Below, piece by piece: positions 18,217-27,560 of a stretch of DNA of 64,000 nucleotides (its first letter is position 1; each line of letters begins with the position of its first letter). The stretch comes from a virus, in UHGV virus genome UHGV-1373625, one strand, 5' to 3'. A program made the position numbers and the translations under genes. The notes under the pieces are model-generated. The model saw only the letters and a list, made by a program, of their open reading frames with translations, was not told the origin of the DNA and made no database searches.

Positions 18217-18757
18217 AGTTATCAATCTTTATGGAGGCCCCGGATGCGGGAAAAGTACCGGAGCCGCCCATATATTCTCGGAGCTAAAGCTGTGTGGGAT
18301 TTCTTGCGAGCTTGTAACTGAGTTTGCTAAAGATTGTGTATGGGACAATAGCGTCGACCTACTGAATGATCAATTGCTCGTTACTGCGCAGCAATGGCAT
18401 CGAGTAGATAGGCTTCTTGGAAAAGTTGATTATGTTATTACGGACTCGCCTATCCTGATTGGACTGGCATATATCGCTCCTAGGTCTTATTACTCCGCGC
18501 CTTTGACAAATCTAATTTTAAACCTTCATCAGTCTGCAAAAACAATAGATGTTCTTGTAAAAAGGGTTAAAAAATATTCCTCGACAGGTAGAATTCAAAC
18601 GGAAACGGAAGCAAAAGAGAAAGACTCTATCATCAAAGAGATTTTTGATAAGTATACTAACTTGTCTTCTCAATTCTATATTGTTGGAGATGAGGATGGT
18701 TATAATGCTGTAATCGACCTAATTCTTTTTAACCATAAAGGAAAGAGAAATAATTAA
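18203..18757 (+). CDS. P-loop NTPase (putative nucleotide/nucleoside kinase)
   Basis: The Walker A is LYGGPGCGKST. Size and context suit a dNMP-kinase-like role. Confidence 0.55.
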   Translation: MKDTKVINLYGGPGCGKSTGAAHIFSELKLCGISCELVTEFAKDCVWDNSVDLLNDQLLVTAQQWHRVDRLLGKVDYVITDSPILIGLAYIAPRSYYSAPLTNLILNLHQSAKTIDVLVKRVKKYSSTGRIQTETEAKEKDSIIKEIFDKYTNLSSQFYIVGDEDGYNAVIDLILFNHKGKRNN

Positions 18758-19260
18758 TGAGATATGCAAAAATTCGTCTTATGGACATAGCGAACGGCCC
18801 CGGCATTAGAGTAAGTATTTATTTTCAAGGTTGCAGTCATCATTGTAAAAATTGTTTTAATCCAGAAACGTGGCCTTTTGACGAAGGCTCCGAACTTAGC
18901 GAACCTGAAATTAAAGCTATTATTGATGCCGCAAAAGAGCCATTTATTAAAGGTCTTTCAATACTCGGAGGAGAACCTTTCCAACAAAACCACGAAGACC
19001 TTGCGGAATTTATTCAAAGATTTAAATGGGAAGTTAATAAGCCCATTTGGATCTGGACCGGATATAAGTTTGAGGATTTGGTTAAACATTCATTTTTGCG
19101 CGATAAAGTGCTTTCTGAGGTCATAACCGTTGTCGACGGAACATTTATTGATTCCCTAAAAGACCCAAATCTTAAATTCAGGGGGAGCAGCAATCAGCGT
19201 ATCATTGATGTTCAAAAATCGTTGAAAGAAAATAAAGTAATCACCTATTCCGAATATTGA
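18757..19260 (+). CDS. nrdG: anaerobic RNR activating protein NrdG (radical SAM)
   Basis: MRYAKIRLMDIANGPGIRVSIYFQGCSHHCKNC is the NrdG N-terminus, carrying the CxxxCxxC cluster. Confidence 0.85.
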   Translation: MRYAKIRLMDIANGPGIRVSIYFQGCSHHCKNCFNPETWPFDEGSELSEPEIKAIIDAAKEPFIKGLSILGGEPFQQNHEDLAEFIQRFKWEVNKPIWIWTGYKFEDLVKHSFLRDKVLSEVITVVDGTFIDSLKDPNLKFRGSSNQRIIDVQKSLKENKVITYSEY

Positions 19261-19280
19261 TATAAATAAAAATTAATAAT

Positions 19281-19310
19281 GGGGCGTATTTACGCCCCTT
19301 AATTTTTATA
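19281..19310 (+). terminator. rho-independent terminator
   Basis: GGGGCGTA tt TACGCCCC, then TTAATTTTTATATTTT. Confidence 0.6.
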
Positions 19311-19320
19311 TTTTACAATT

Positions 19321-19364
19321 TTGTCAATTTTTTACTTGACAAAGGAAAATATATGTCGTATAGG
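19321..19364 (+). promoter_or_regulatory. late-operon promoter TTGACA-N17-TATAGG, with an inverted repeat TTGTCAA/TTGACAA overlapping the -35
   Basis: TTGACA is at 19336-19341, followed by a 17-nt spacer and TATAGG. TTGTCAA at 19321-19327 is the exact inverse of TTGACAA at 19335-19341. Confidence 0.45.
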
Positions 19365-19399
19365 ACGTAGTAGTAAATTTTTACCGCAGGGCGGGTATT

Positions 19400-20728
19400 A
19401 TGGGTTTTTTAAATATTTTCAATAACTTCCGAAAAAAGGATTCAGAGTCTAAATCGAATATGGACGATTCGTTCTTAAATTCGATCTCTGTTTCCGATTC
19501 CGGTACTCCAGTAACTACGCGGACAGCGCTTGATTGCTCTGTCGTCTTGGCTTGTGTTTCCGTTATTTCCAATGGTATCGCTCAGGTTCCTTTTCGTTTG
19601 TATCAAAAAAAGGGAAATACTAGAAAGCCAGCGGAAAATCATCCATTGTATTGGCTTTTTGAGGAAGGCCCAAATCCATATCAAAGCCAATTTGAATTTC
19701 GGGAGACTCTCGGCTTGCATCTTGCGCTGACTGGAGAGGCTTTCGTTTGGCTTGTAAGAGTACGTGGAGAGATTAAGGAGATGTATCCTTTCCCTCCCGG
19801 CATGGTTAATGTTCAGATGGATGAATCTGATTCTCTTGGGCTTCGGTCAAAATATTTTGTAACGACCGAAAACGGGCGATATATTGAAATTCCTGAAAAG
19901 GATATGTGGCATTTGAAGTGGAGAGGGTACGATGTTATTCGTGGACTGTCCCCCGTCAAATTGGCAAAAAATGCTATTGGTCTTTCTTTGTCTTCGGATA
20001 AATATCTTGGAACGTCTTTAAAGAATGGAGTTAAACCTTCCGGCATTCTTACCGCAGTAAATGACTTGACAGAGGAACAGAGAAAGCGTATTCGTGAGAC
20101 GTGGGAGAGAGAATATAGCGGTTCAAGAAATGCCAATAAGACAATTATCTTGAGCAACGATTTTCGATATCAGCAGATGTCCATGACTAATCAGGACGCT
20201 CAGTTTGTTGAGAATCGTCAATTCCAAGTTGCGGATCTTTGTCGAAATTGGGGAGTGATGCCAATCATGGTCTTTGATTATATGAAGACCACAACGTACG
20301 CATCTTCCGAACAGCTTTTCTTGCAGCATAAAATTCATACGCTTGATCCGTGGTATCGGCGTATTGAAACAAGTGCCAATAAATTCTTGCTCACAGAAGA
20401 ACAGCGTAGAAAGGAAGGTCTGTATTTCAAGTTCATGGATGATGGATTGCTTCGTGGCGACGCGAAAAGCCGTGCCGAAGTTTATCGTACTGCCATCAAT
20501 TCCGGGTATATGACTCCTAACGAAGTTCGAGCCCTGTCTGAAATGAATCCCGTCAAGGGCGGTGATGAGCTATTTATGCAGGGAGCTATGAGGACTGTAG
20601 AATCCATTGTTAAGGAAGCGGACGTAATGGACGCACAGATTCCTCAATCAGGTAGTACAATTCCGAAAAAACTTAAAAACGGAGAGACGAACAATGGCGA
20701 TCAACGGAATGACGAAGACAATGAGTAA
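19400..20728 (+). CDS. portal protein (HK97 family)
   Basis: 442 aa. It is the first gene of the head module. The size and LSSDKYLG...NGVKPSGILT motifs fit HK97-like portals. Confidence 0.7.
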   Translation: MGFLNIFNNFRKKDSESKSNMDDSFLNSISVSDSGTPVTTRTALDCSVVLACVSVISNGIAQVPFRLYQKKGNTRKPAENHPLYWLFEEGPNPYQSQFEFRETLGLHLALTGEAFVWLVRVRGEIKEMYPFPPGMVNVQMDESDSLGLRSKYFVTTENGRYIEIPEKDMWHLKWRGYDVIRGLSPVKLAKNAIGLSLSSDKYLGTSLKNGVKPSGILTAVNDLTEEQRKRIRETWEREYSGSRNANKTIILSNDFRYQQMSMTNQDAQFVENRQFQVADLCRNWGVMPIMVFDYMKTTTYASSEQLFLQHKIHTLDPWYRRIETSANKFLLTEEQRRKEGLYFKFMDDGLLRGDAKSRAEVYRTAINSGYMTPNEVRALSEMNPVKGGDELFMQGAMRTVESIVKEADVMDAQIPQSGSTIPKKLKNGETNNGDQRNDEDNE

Positions 20729-20897
20729 AGATAAAGCCACCCTTTCTAAGCTTATTTATTTCAAGAAACGTGATTTGGATTGGGTAGAGGAGCTTTTGCG
20801 GCAAGGCGTCGACCCAACCTGTACTGAATATGAACTCATTAAAAAAGAGTTGGCGGAACTGGAGAGCGAATTTAAAGGAAATTCGGAGAAAAAATAA
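20694..20897 (+). CDS. small hypothetical protein overlapping the portal 3' end
   Basis: 67-aa ORF. No RBS was verified. Confidence 0.2.
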   Translation: MAINGMTKTMSKDKATLSKLIYFKKRDLDWVEELLRQGVDPTCTEYELIKKELAELESEFKGNSEKK

Positions 20898-21835
20898 TGA
20901 CAGTTGAAACGAAACATTTTTGCCCTTTTAGTGATCTTGAATGTAAAAGTGATGACGGAGATCAATATACATTTTCCGGATATCTCGCCGTTTGCAATAA
21001 TGTCGACCAAGGTATGGACGTTATCATGCCCGGCGCATTTAAAGACACTCTCCGAGAATGGAAAAATAAGGGGCATTATCCTCCAATGCTAAAGCAGCAT
21101 GGCGGCCTGAAACTTACCGCTGATGATCTTGAGCCTATTGGAAAATGGACGCTTATGCGTGAGGATGAAAAGGGCCTTTATGTAGAAGGGAAACTTTTCA
21201 GTACCACGTCTGGCAAAGATATGTGGACAGTCTTGAAAGAATCAGACCCCGGTTCTATGGGCATGAGCATTGGCTATCAAGCCAGAGATTATAAATATGT
21301 GGAAGGAAAGAAATACGGTCGGAAATTTTCCGCATATACTGTCCGAGAATTAAATAAAGTACATCTTATTGAAGGGTCTGTGGTGACGTTTCCCATGAAT
21401 ACGGAAGCTACTATTGACGCGGTGAAAAATATCGGCACTCTGCGAGATGCCGAACAATTCCTCCGTGAAAAAGGTTTTTCTAATAAGGAAGCCAAAGATA
21501 TCGTTGTCCAGCTTAAATCCATTATCTCCGCTGATATTGATGCGGAAATCAAAGGAATTAAACAGCCGGAAGAATCTAAGGAGACTCATGAAGAACCCAA
21601 GGGCATCCAAGAGGAATCCGTAAATATTTCCGAAGAGTCGAATGAGCCCGAAAACAATACTCCCGAAAATAACGCCGAAGATAAAACGAAAGGCGAAACT
21701 GTTTCTGAAAATACAGAAGAAGCTAAAATGGACGAAGAACTTTCTGCATGGCTTGATGAGGTTATTGCTGCCAAACGTAAAGAAAATGCAGAAAGGGAAG
21801 CTCTGGAAGCCTTGGAAGCGTTGTTTCGAAAATAA
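20897..21835 (+). CDS. prohead protease (HK97 family) with an acidic scaffold-like C-terminal extension
   Basis: GYLAVCNNVDQGMDVIMPGAFKDTL matches the HK97 protease GYAS.F...D..GD.I..GAF signature. The C-terminal E/K-rich tail is coiled-coil-like. Confidence 0.7.
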   Translation: MTVETKHFCPFSDLECKSDDGDQYTFSGYLAVCNNVDQGMDVIMPGAFKDTLREWKNKGHYPPMLKQHGGLKLTADDLEPIGKWTLMREDEKGLYVEGKLFSTTSGKDMWTVLKESDPGSMGMSIGYQARDYKYVEGKKYGRKFSAYTVRELNKVHLIEGSVVTFPMNTEATIDAVKNIGTLRDAEQFLREKGFSNKEAKDIVVQLKSIISADIDAEIKGIKQPEESKETHEEPKGIQEESVNISEESNEPENNTPENNAEDKTKGETVSENTEEAKMDEELSAWLDEVIAAKRKENAEREALEALEALFRK

Positions 21836-21861
21836 TTTTTAATAAAAAATATGACTGATTA

Positions 21862-21899
21862 TTACGCCGTTTTCTTAATTGAGACGGCGTAATTTTTTT
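21862..21899 (+). terminator. rho-independent terminator
   Basis: TTACGCCGT...ACGGCGTAA, then TTTTTTT. Confidence 0.6.
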
Positions 21900-21918
21900 G
21901 TTCTTTTTAAAAAAGGGG

Positions 21919-21949
21919 TTGACAAAAATGTAAAAATATGATTTACACT
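21919..21949 (+). promoter_or_regulatory. promoter TTGACA-N17-TTTACA/TACACT upstream of the capsid gene
   Basis: TTGACA at 21919-21924. A -10-like hexamer lies 17-19 nt downstream. Confidence 0.4.
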
Positions 21950-22045
21950 ATCAAAGTCAATATTGGCAATGCCTCAGTTCGGGATGAATGGGAGGTACTT
22001 TTTACTTTATCTATTTTAAAAATCTCGAAAAGAGGAAGTGTTTTT

Positions 22046-23347
22046 ATGGCTGAAAATACTATTATCGACAAGATCAATGCACTTTGGGAGGAGCAGAAGG
22101 CTGCTCTCGACAAGCGTGATGAACTCCTGAAAAAGGATAGCTCTGCCGCTATTTCCGATCTCAAGGAAATGCTTGCTAAACAGGACGAAGACTTTAAGAA
22201 GTATAAGGCTGAGGCGGACGAAGAGATTAAACGTCTCAAGATTTCAAGCGCCCCCTCCGGTGATCCGAAGACTCGTGAAGATATGGTTAAGTCCGCTTTC
22301 TTCCGTACCGTCCACAAGACCAACTATCAGGATCTTCCCGAGGAATCAAAATCAGCTCTTATTGAAGCTGAAATGCTCGCCGCGAAAGCTTATGGCCTTC
22401 CCAAGTCAGAAACGGAAATGAAGACCCTCCTGTCTGGTATTGATACCTATGGTGGCATTTTCGTCCCTGTGGAAGTCGAACGTGATATCCTGAAACTCGC
22501 TCGTGATGACTCTGCGATTTATAGACTTGCTGAAAAGAAGACCACGGGTACGTCAAGCTATGAACGTCCTGTCCGTCTTTCCGAATCATCTGCTGTGTGG
22601 ACTGGTGAAGTCGAAACGCGCCGCGAAACCAAGACTCCGGATTACGGTCAGCTCAAGTGGGATGTCCATACGCTCATGGCGAAGCCTACTTTGTCTTCCG
22701 AACTCATCGAAGACTCTTATGTTGATATTGAAGCCGAACTCATGGACAGTACTCGTATCGCCTTCGGTGAAACGATTGCTCATGCCCATGTGTGGGGCAA
22801 TGGCGTGAAGAAGCCTTTCGGCATTCTTGCCTATCCCGTTGCCGAACAGACTGGCAAGGCTGGTGTTGATTGGGGCAAGCTCGGTTTTGCTAAGACTGGC
22901 AAGTCTGGTGCGTTCCTTCCTTACGATTCTGCCTCTAAGGATAAAGGCCCCGCCGATTGCCTTATCGATATGACCACCTTCCTGAAACGTGGTTATCGTC
23001 AGGGCGCTAACTGGTTGATGAACTCCTTTACCGAGTCCTCCGTGCGTAAGCTCAAGGATAACGATGGTAACTATCTGTGGCAGCCGTCCTTGCAGATGGG
23101 CAAGCCGAACACCCTGCTCGGCTACAACATCGAAATTGACGAAAATATGCCCGACATTGAAGCCAATGCTTTCTCTATAGCCTTCGGCAACTTCCGTAAG
23201 GGATATCTTGTTGTCGAACGTCGCGGTATGCGTATCCAGCGAGACACCGTGACCAAGGCCCCTCTCGTTATCTTCAACATTGACCTGCGTACTGGCGGCG
23301 GCGTTCAGAACTTTGAAGCGATTAAGCTGCTCAAGTTCGCGGCCTAA
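22046..23347 (+). CDS. major capsid protein (HK97 fold) with an N-terminal coiled-coil delta domain
   Basis: 433 aa from ATG 22046 after AGAGGAAG. The N-terminus is about 100 aa of coiled coil. It follows the protease gene. The ORF opens at 21938. Confidence 0.65.
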   Translation: MAENTIIDKINALWEEQKAALDKRDELLKKDSSAAISDLKEMLAKQDEDFKKYKAEADEEIKRLKISSAPSGDPKTREDMVKSAFFRTVHKTNYQDLPEESKSALIEAEMLAAKAYGLPKSETEMKTLLSGIDTYGGIFVPVEVERDILKLARDDSAIYRLAEKKTTGTSSYERPVRLSESSAVWTGEVETRRETKTPDYGQLKWDVHTLMAKPTLSSELIEDSYVDIEAELMDSTRIAFGETIAHAHVWGNGVKKPFGILAYPVAEQTGKAGVDWGKLGFAKTGKSGAFLPYDSASKDKGPADCLIDMTTFLKRGYRQGANWLMNSFTESSVRKLKDNDGNYLWQPSLQMGKPNTLLGYNIEIDENMPDIEANAFSIAFGNFRKGYLVVERRGMRIQRDTVTKAPLVIFNIDLRTGGGVQNFEAIKLLKFAA

Positions 23348-23367
23348 GCAAAAAAGGAGAAATCATT

Positions 23368-23718
23368 ATGGCTATGAAAGATCTTGCATCTCATATGAAG
23401 GTGGTCCCGGTTACTTCGGGAACTCCCATTGACATTCAGGGGTTCAATTCCGTTACTTTCGTGCTCGAAGGTGACGGCACCAATGAAGCTTCGCTTGCTA
23501 TTACGCATGGCGACACGGATTCTACCGCTACTGAGGAACTTGAACCTCTGGACCTCACTAAACCCATTGCGGAAGTGAAAGTCACTGCGTCCGCCAAGAG
23601 TGCTAAAGTCGGTTACATCGGTAGCCGCCAGTTCGTGAAGGTTGAAGTTACTAAGTCCGCTGGCACCCCGACCGTTCATGCGGTCCTGATGCGTGCCGAC
23701 CTCGTTCCGGTGGAGTAA
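23368..23718 (+). CDS. hypothetical head protein (possible decoration protein)
   Basis: 116 aa, immediately after the capsid gene. AAAGGAGA RBS. Confidence 0.35.
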   Translation: MAMKDLASHMKVVPVTSGTPIDIQGFNSVTFVLEGDGTNEASLAITHGDTDSTATEELEPLDLTKPIAEVKVTASAKSAKVGYIGSRQFVKVEVTKSAGTPTVHAVLMRADLVPVE

Positions 23719-23724
23719 TCCCCT

Positions 23725-24036
23725 ATGGCTATCAACGAAGCGATTACCAGCGTAGCATCTCCTGTAGAAGTCTCCGCTGATGAAACTCCTAAGTCTTCCG
23801 CGAAGCCTAAATCATCAAAAGAAATTGTGAGTGGGGCGGTTCTCGCCCCCTCCGTTTCAGAAGATGTTATGGGTATCGTAGAAGACCTGAAAAAGGCCGG
23901 GCTTGATGAACGCCTTAAAAGGGAAAATCTTACTATCGTTGCTTTTGTCGGTGGTCGTTCCGGTTTCGGTTCCGCCGAGATTGTTCTTACCGAACTTGCC
24001 GATAAAGTAAAGCATAAAATTAACGAAGGGAAATAG
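23725..24036 (+). CDS. hypothetical protein
   Basis: 103 aa. Confidence 0.35.
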   Translation: MAINEAITSVASPVEVSADETPKSSAKPKSSKEIVSGAVLAPSVSEDVMGIVEDLKKAGLDERLKRENLTIVAFVGGRSGFGSAEIVLTELADKVKHKINEGK

Positions 24037-24041
24037 ACGAT

Positions 24042-25004
24042 ATGAGTCTTGACATGACCATTGCCCCTAAATGCTACCCTGTTTCTGTAGAAGAGGTCAA
24101 GCAGCATTTGAGGCTGAATACCACAACTGCGGAAGAAGATTTTTATATTGAAAATCTTATAGCTTCCGCTACAACTCACGCGGAACAGAAGACCGGGCGA
24201 GTTTTTGTAGATTCAGAATGGTCGTGGACTCCCTCCGAAAAAGAGATGAATGGGTCTGCGGTTCCTCTCCCTGTGGTTCCCGTTACATCCGTAGAAGTGT
24301 TTGACTCTTCGGGCCAGCCTGTCTCTCCTGACCTGTATACTGTTGAATACCCTGCGTTGTCGCCGCAAGGAAATCCGCTTATTGGATCTCTCTCCCCTTT
24401 GAGCGGATTTCCCCTTAATCCAAAGATTGTTCTTCGCGCTGGATATACGGTAGAAGAAAAATTGGAAAAAATTGTAACTAACGAATCTCCTTTCATTGAA
24501 CCAGCTAAAACCGGATTCACTGAATCTAGTGTTACTCTCGTATTCAATCGACCCATTATGGGCGATGCAAAACCAGAAAATTTTCAAATCTATGATTCCG
24601 TTGGAAACAACGTACCCGTGCTTGCCATTTTTGTCAAGGATGATGTTGTAGAAATTCAGACTACGGAAGCATCAATTGTAAAAGGTGCATCCCTCATCAT
24701 AAATTATGCTGGTGGTTTCATTCACGATGAATTTCATAATTATGTAGATGCCCAATCTGTAAAGCTTCCTCCTATCACGGAAATTCCGAAATTACATATT
24801 GCGCCTGATGCAATCCCAACTCAAAAAGTTTTTGTAAGCAATTGTCCTCATCCTTTGAAACAATGGATTATGGTTCGTACAGGAACGCTCTTTCAGCAAA
24901 GATCCGAGATAGCTTTGAGAGCAGGAAAATCTAACGATGCATTATTTCCAAGCAATTTTATAGATAATATATTGGACACATTTAAAATTATAGGATTTGT
25001 TTGA
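24042..25004 (+). CDS. head-tail connector (gp6-like) protein with a C-terminal extension
   Basis: The N-terminus VEEVKQHLRLNTTTAEEDFYIENLIASATTHAEQKTGR matches the Phage_connect_1 pattern. Confidence 0.5.
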   Translation: MSLDMTIAPKCYPVSVEEVKQHLRLNTTTAEEDFYIENLIASATTHAEQKTGRVFVDSEWSWTPSEKEMNGSAVPLPVVPVTSVEVFDSSGQPVSPDLYTVEYPALSPQGNPLIGSLSPLSGFPLNPKIVLRAGYTVEEKLEKIVTNESPFIEPAKTGFTESSVTLVFNRPIMGDAKPENFQIYDSVGNNVPVLAIFVKDDVVEIQTTEASIVKGASLIINYAGGFIHDEFHNYVDAQSVKLPPITEIPKLHIAPDAIPTQKVFVSNCPHPLKQWIMVRTGTLFQQRSEIALRAGKSNDALFPSNFIDNILDTFKIIGFV

Positions 25005-25356
25005 TATGCTTGATTATACTTCAAATCCTGCCGTATTAAATAAAAGAGCGACATTGCTTAAAGAAGTTCGATCAAGAGACGTTACTGGTTCACCGACAAG
25101 TTTATATCATCCTGTAGCTGACATCTATGTTGGCATTGAATATATGTCTGGGAGAGAATATTGGATTGCTTCTCAGTCTCAAGGAGAAGGGACGATACGA
25201 CTTTCCATGAGATTTCGTTCGGACGTTTCAGATAGAAGTAGATTCATATTACATTCGGATCATGAAGGCGATATTGTTTTGGAAGTAAAGTCACCTCCTA
25301 TAAATAAAGAGAATACTTATCTTGAAGTTATGTGTAGGAGACTTTCCGATGCTTAA
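24997..25356 (+). CDS. head closure / head-tail joining protein
   Basis: 119 aa. The pattern R..VTGSPT...IYVGIEYMSGREYW...G..RLSMRFR....R..F..H.GDIVLEV fits the head-tail joining family. Confidence 0.45.
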   Translation: MFDMLDYTSNPAVLNKRATLLKEVRSRDVTGSPTSLYHPVADIYVGIEYMSGREYWIASQSQGEGTIRLSMRFRSDVSDRSRFILHSDHEGDIVLEVKSPPINKENTYLEVMCRRLSDA

Positions 25357-25759
25357 TACGCCATTAAAGCTTGTCCAAAGAGCGGAAACAAAACTTTTTC
25401 AACTTTTCATAAAGTCTCAAGAAGTAAAAAAATTTTTTGGTGAAAATATTTTCCAAGGAATCGTCGAAGCGAACACTGTAGCTAATACTAAACGCTTCGT
25501 TCTAATTCATCGAATTTCCGGAGATCCCTTGGACAAAACACTTTCTGATAGGGGAGACTTATTGCGGTCAGTCCGTGTACAAGTTGATGTAATGAGCACC
25601 AACTATGCAGACGCCACAGAAGGTTCCGAAATTATCAGAAGTTTATCGGAAACGGAGTTTCCATCTTGCGTAGATGGAGATCATTATGGAACAACGCAGA
25701 TTGGGCAAAATATTTGGCATATCCAATCTGTAGATTTTATCCTTGAAGAAGGAGCTTAA
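25349..25759 (+). CDS. tail completion/neck protein (hypothetical)
   Basis: ATG 25349 follows AGGAGA. The ORF opens at 25322. Confidence 0.35.
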   Translation: MLNTPLKLVQRAETKLFQLFIKSQEVKKFFGENIFQGIVEANTVANTKRFVLIHRISGDPLDKTLSDRGDLLRSVRVQVDVMSTNYADATEGSEIIRSLSETEFPSCVDGDHYGTTQIGQNIWHIQSVDFILEEGA

Positions 25760-25761
25760 CA

Positions 25762-26565
25762 ATGGCTGTATCTTATCAAGCCAGAACGAGTAAAGGACTG
25801 AAATTCTTCCGTGGTACGGGGTCTTCTTTCGCTACGGCAGTATGGGAACACGTTCCGGGAATTTCGGCTTGGAATGGACCTAACATTTCCAAACCTACAA
25901 TTACCGTTACGACTACTCAATCGGAAGCCGTAGAAAAAATCTCGGATATTCCTGATAACGGCACTATTACTTTTAACGGTTATGTTGATGACCTTTGTGA
26001 AACGCATCAGAATTTGCTGACGCAAGATTTGTACTCTCGTGATTACCGTCCGTGTAAGGTAGAATTCCCCACGGGTACGGTTATGTACTTCATGGGCCAG
26101 CTTACCGGGATGCCGCTTTCTGGTGGTGTCGGTGCTGCGAATACGACTACGTACACTTTCGATGTTTCCGGCAAGATTGAATGGGTTTTTGGTGGTAAAC
26201 GCGCAACCTTGAGTTGGGATAGCACACTCGCTGGCACTGAATCGTCTGGCGCTGTGACTGGCAAAGTTACTGTAACGCTTATTCCGGGTAAGGAATCTAC
26301 TGCTAAATTTACTACGAGCGTTGAAAACGCCGCAAACTTTACCGCAAATACGCATTATAAATTGGCTAATGCCCCGGCGGGACTTGTTGGTGCTCTTAAG
26401 AAAGTTAGTGATACGGTTGCTGAATTGTCTTTCACTGGAGCCGCTACTAATAAGGCAGATGTTTCTAATATCGCCTTGACTTTTATGGATAGCGCTTTTG
26501 CTAATGCTGATGCGAATCTCATTTCCGGCAGTACGAAGACCGATATTGCTATCACTTTCGTTTAA
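25762..26565 (+). CDS. major tail protein
   Basis: 267 aa. It lies just upstream of the chaperone and tape-measure genes. A paralogous N-domain occurs at 45081. Confidence 0.55.
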   Translation: MAVSYQARTSKGLKFFRGTGSSFATAVWEHVPGISAWNGPNISKPTITVTTTQSEAVEKISDIPDNGTITFNGYVDDLCETHQNLLTQDLYSRDYRPCKVEFPTGTVMYFMGQLTGMPLSGGVGAANTTTYTFDVSGKIEWVFGGKRATLSWDSTLAGTESSGAVTGKVTVTLIPGKESTAKFTTSVENAANFTANTHYKLANAPAGLVGALKKVSDTVAELSFTGAATNKADVSNIALTFMDSAFANADANLISGSTKTDIAITFV

Positions 26566-26636
26566 TCTATAACAACCAAATAGAAAGAGAGGGAGAATCG
26601 TCTCCCTCTCGAAAAAAAATTCAGGAGAGGAATCAT

Positions 26637-27008
26637 ATGGCTATTCTTACTATTGAAAAATTTGCGGAGCTGCGTAATAGTCTTACTGTTGTGAAAGACA
26701 AGTTTTATATCCCCGTATGGGACGCGGAAGTTTACATGCGTAGACTGAGCGCCGGGGAAGCAATGAAAATTTATAGCCGCGCCGAGAAAGTTCAAGACGA
26801 GGATAAAAAGGTCGAAGAGTATAACTTTGCGATGTACCGCATGGTTATTGCTTGCCTTGTCGATGAGAACGGCAACCAGATGCTTACTGAAAATGACATC
26901 AATTGGCTTTTGAGTCAGGATGTTCAGGTTGTTACTGCCTTGGTTGAAGCCGCATCAAAGATGAATACTATCAATGAAAAGGCTCAGGAAGAGGCAGAAA
27001 AAAACTAA
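26637..27008 (+). CDS. tail assembly chaperone (gpG-like)
   Basis: 123 aa. It ends at the slippery site immediately before its stop. Confidence 0.6.
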   Translation: MAILTIEKFAELRNSLTVVKDKFYIPVWDAEVYMRRLSAGEAMKIYSRAEKVQDEDKKVEEYNFAMYRMVIACLVDENGNQMLTENDINWLLSQDVQVVTALVEAASKMNTINEKAQEEAEKN

Positions 27009-27247
27009 CTACTGGCTGGCTTTGGATGTTTGCGTATTCTCTTGCGCGTGATCTTCATATGACGGTAAACCAGCTTTTAGAAAACATGGACGTAGAAGAA
27101 TTCATGGGATGGGTTGCCTACCATAAGATTAAAAACGAAGAACAAGAGAATGAAGAAGGGGGCCAATCTCCTAGAAAAAGAGAGATGGCCCCCGAAGAAC
27201 AAGAAAAGGCGATGTTCGCTCTTTATGGCGGAAAAGTTATTGAATAA
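26637..27247 (+). CDS. tail assembly chaperone GT fusion produced by a -1 programmed frameshift
   Basis: The A_AAA_AAC heptamer at 26999-27005 lies just before stop 27006-27008. ORF 27026-27247 is in the -1 frame. The T part is acidic. Confidence 0.5.
26999..27005 (+). promoter_or_regulatory. -1 ribosomal frameshift slippery heptamer A_AAA_AAC
   Basis: The zero frame reads gaa aaa aac taa. The -1 frame is open through 27247. Confidence 0.5.
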
Positions 27248-27256
27248 AAAAGTCGC

Positions 27257-27523
27257 CTACTTCTTCGCAGCGTTTTCTTTATCCAGCCGTTTGCGCGTTT
27301 CCCATTCTTTACGCATCGAAACAATCTGATTGATGCCCGGAATAATTGCACTCTTGAGTAGCACATGGCAACTCAATGCCATATACAAACCGATTATGCC
27401 CAACTTTGTACCATAAGGTTTTCCATTCACGTCCGCAAGAATACCAAAGGCAAAAATCAAGGCACCGATGATTTCAACAGAAACAAAGACTCTAAGCAAA
27501 ACGTAAAATTTTTTCATTTTCAA
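27257..27523 (-). CDS. small two-TM membrane protein encoded antisense within the tail module (moron)
   Basis: 88 aa with two hydrophobic helices. A strong AAGGGAG RBS lies on the minus strand 7 nt before the ATG. Confidence 0.45.
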   Translation of the reverse strand: MKMKKFYVLLRVFVSVEIIGALIFAFGILADVNGKPYGTKLGIIGLYMALSCHVLLKSAIIPGINQIVSMRKEWETRKRLDKENAAKK

Positions 27524-27560
27524 TCTCCCTTAAAAAGCCCGTAATGGATTGGAGGTGTAC

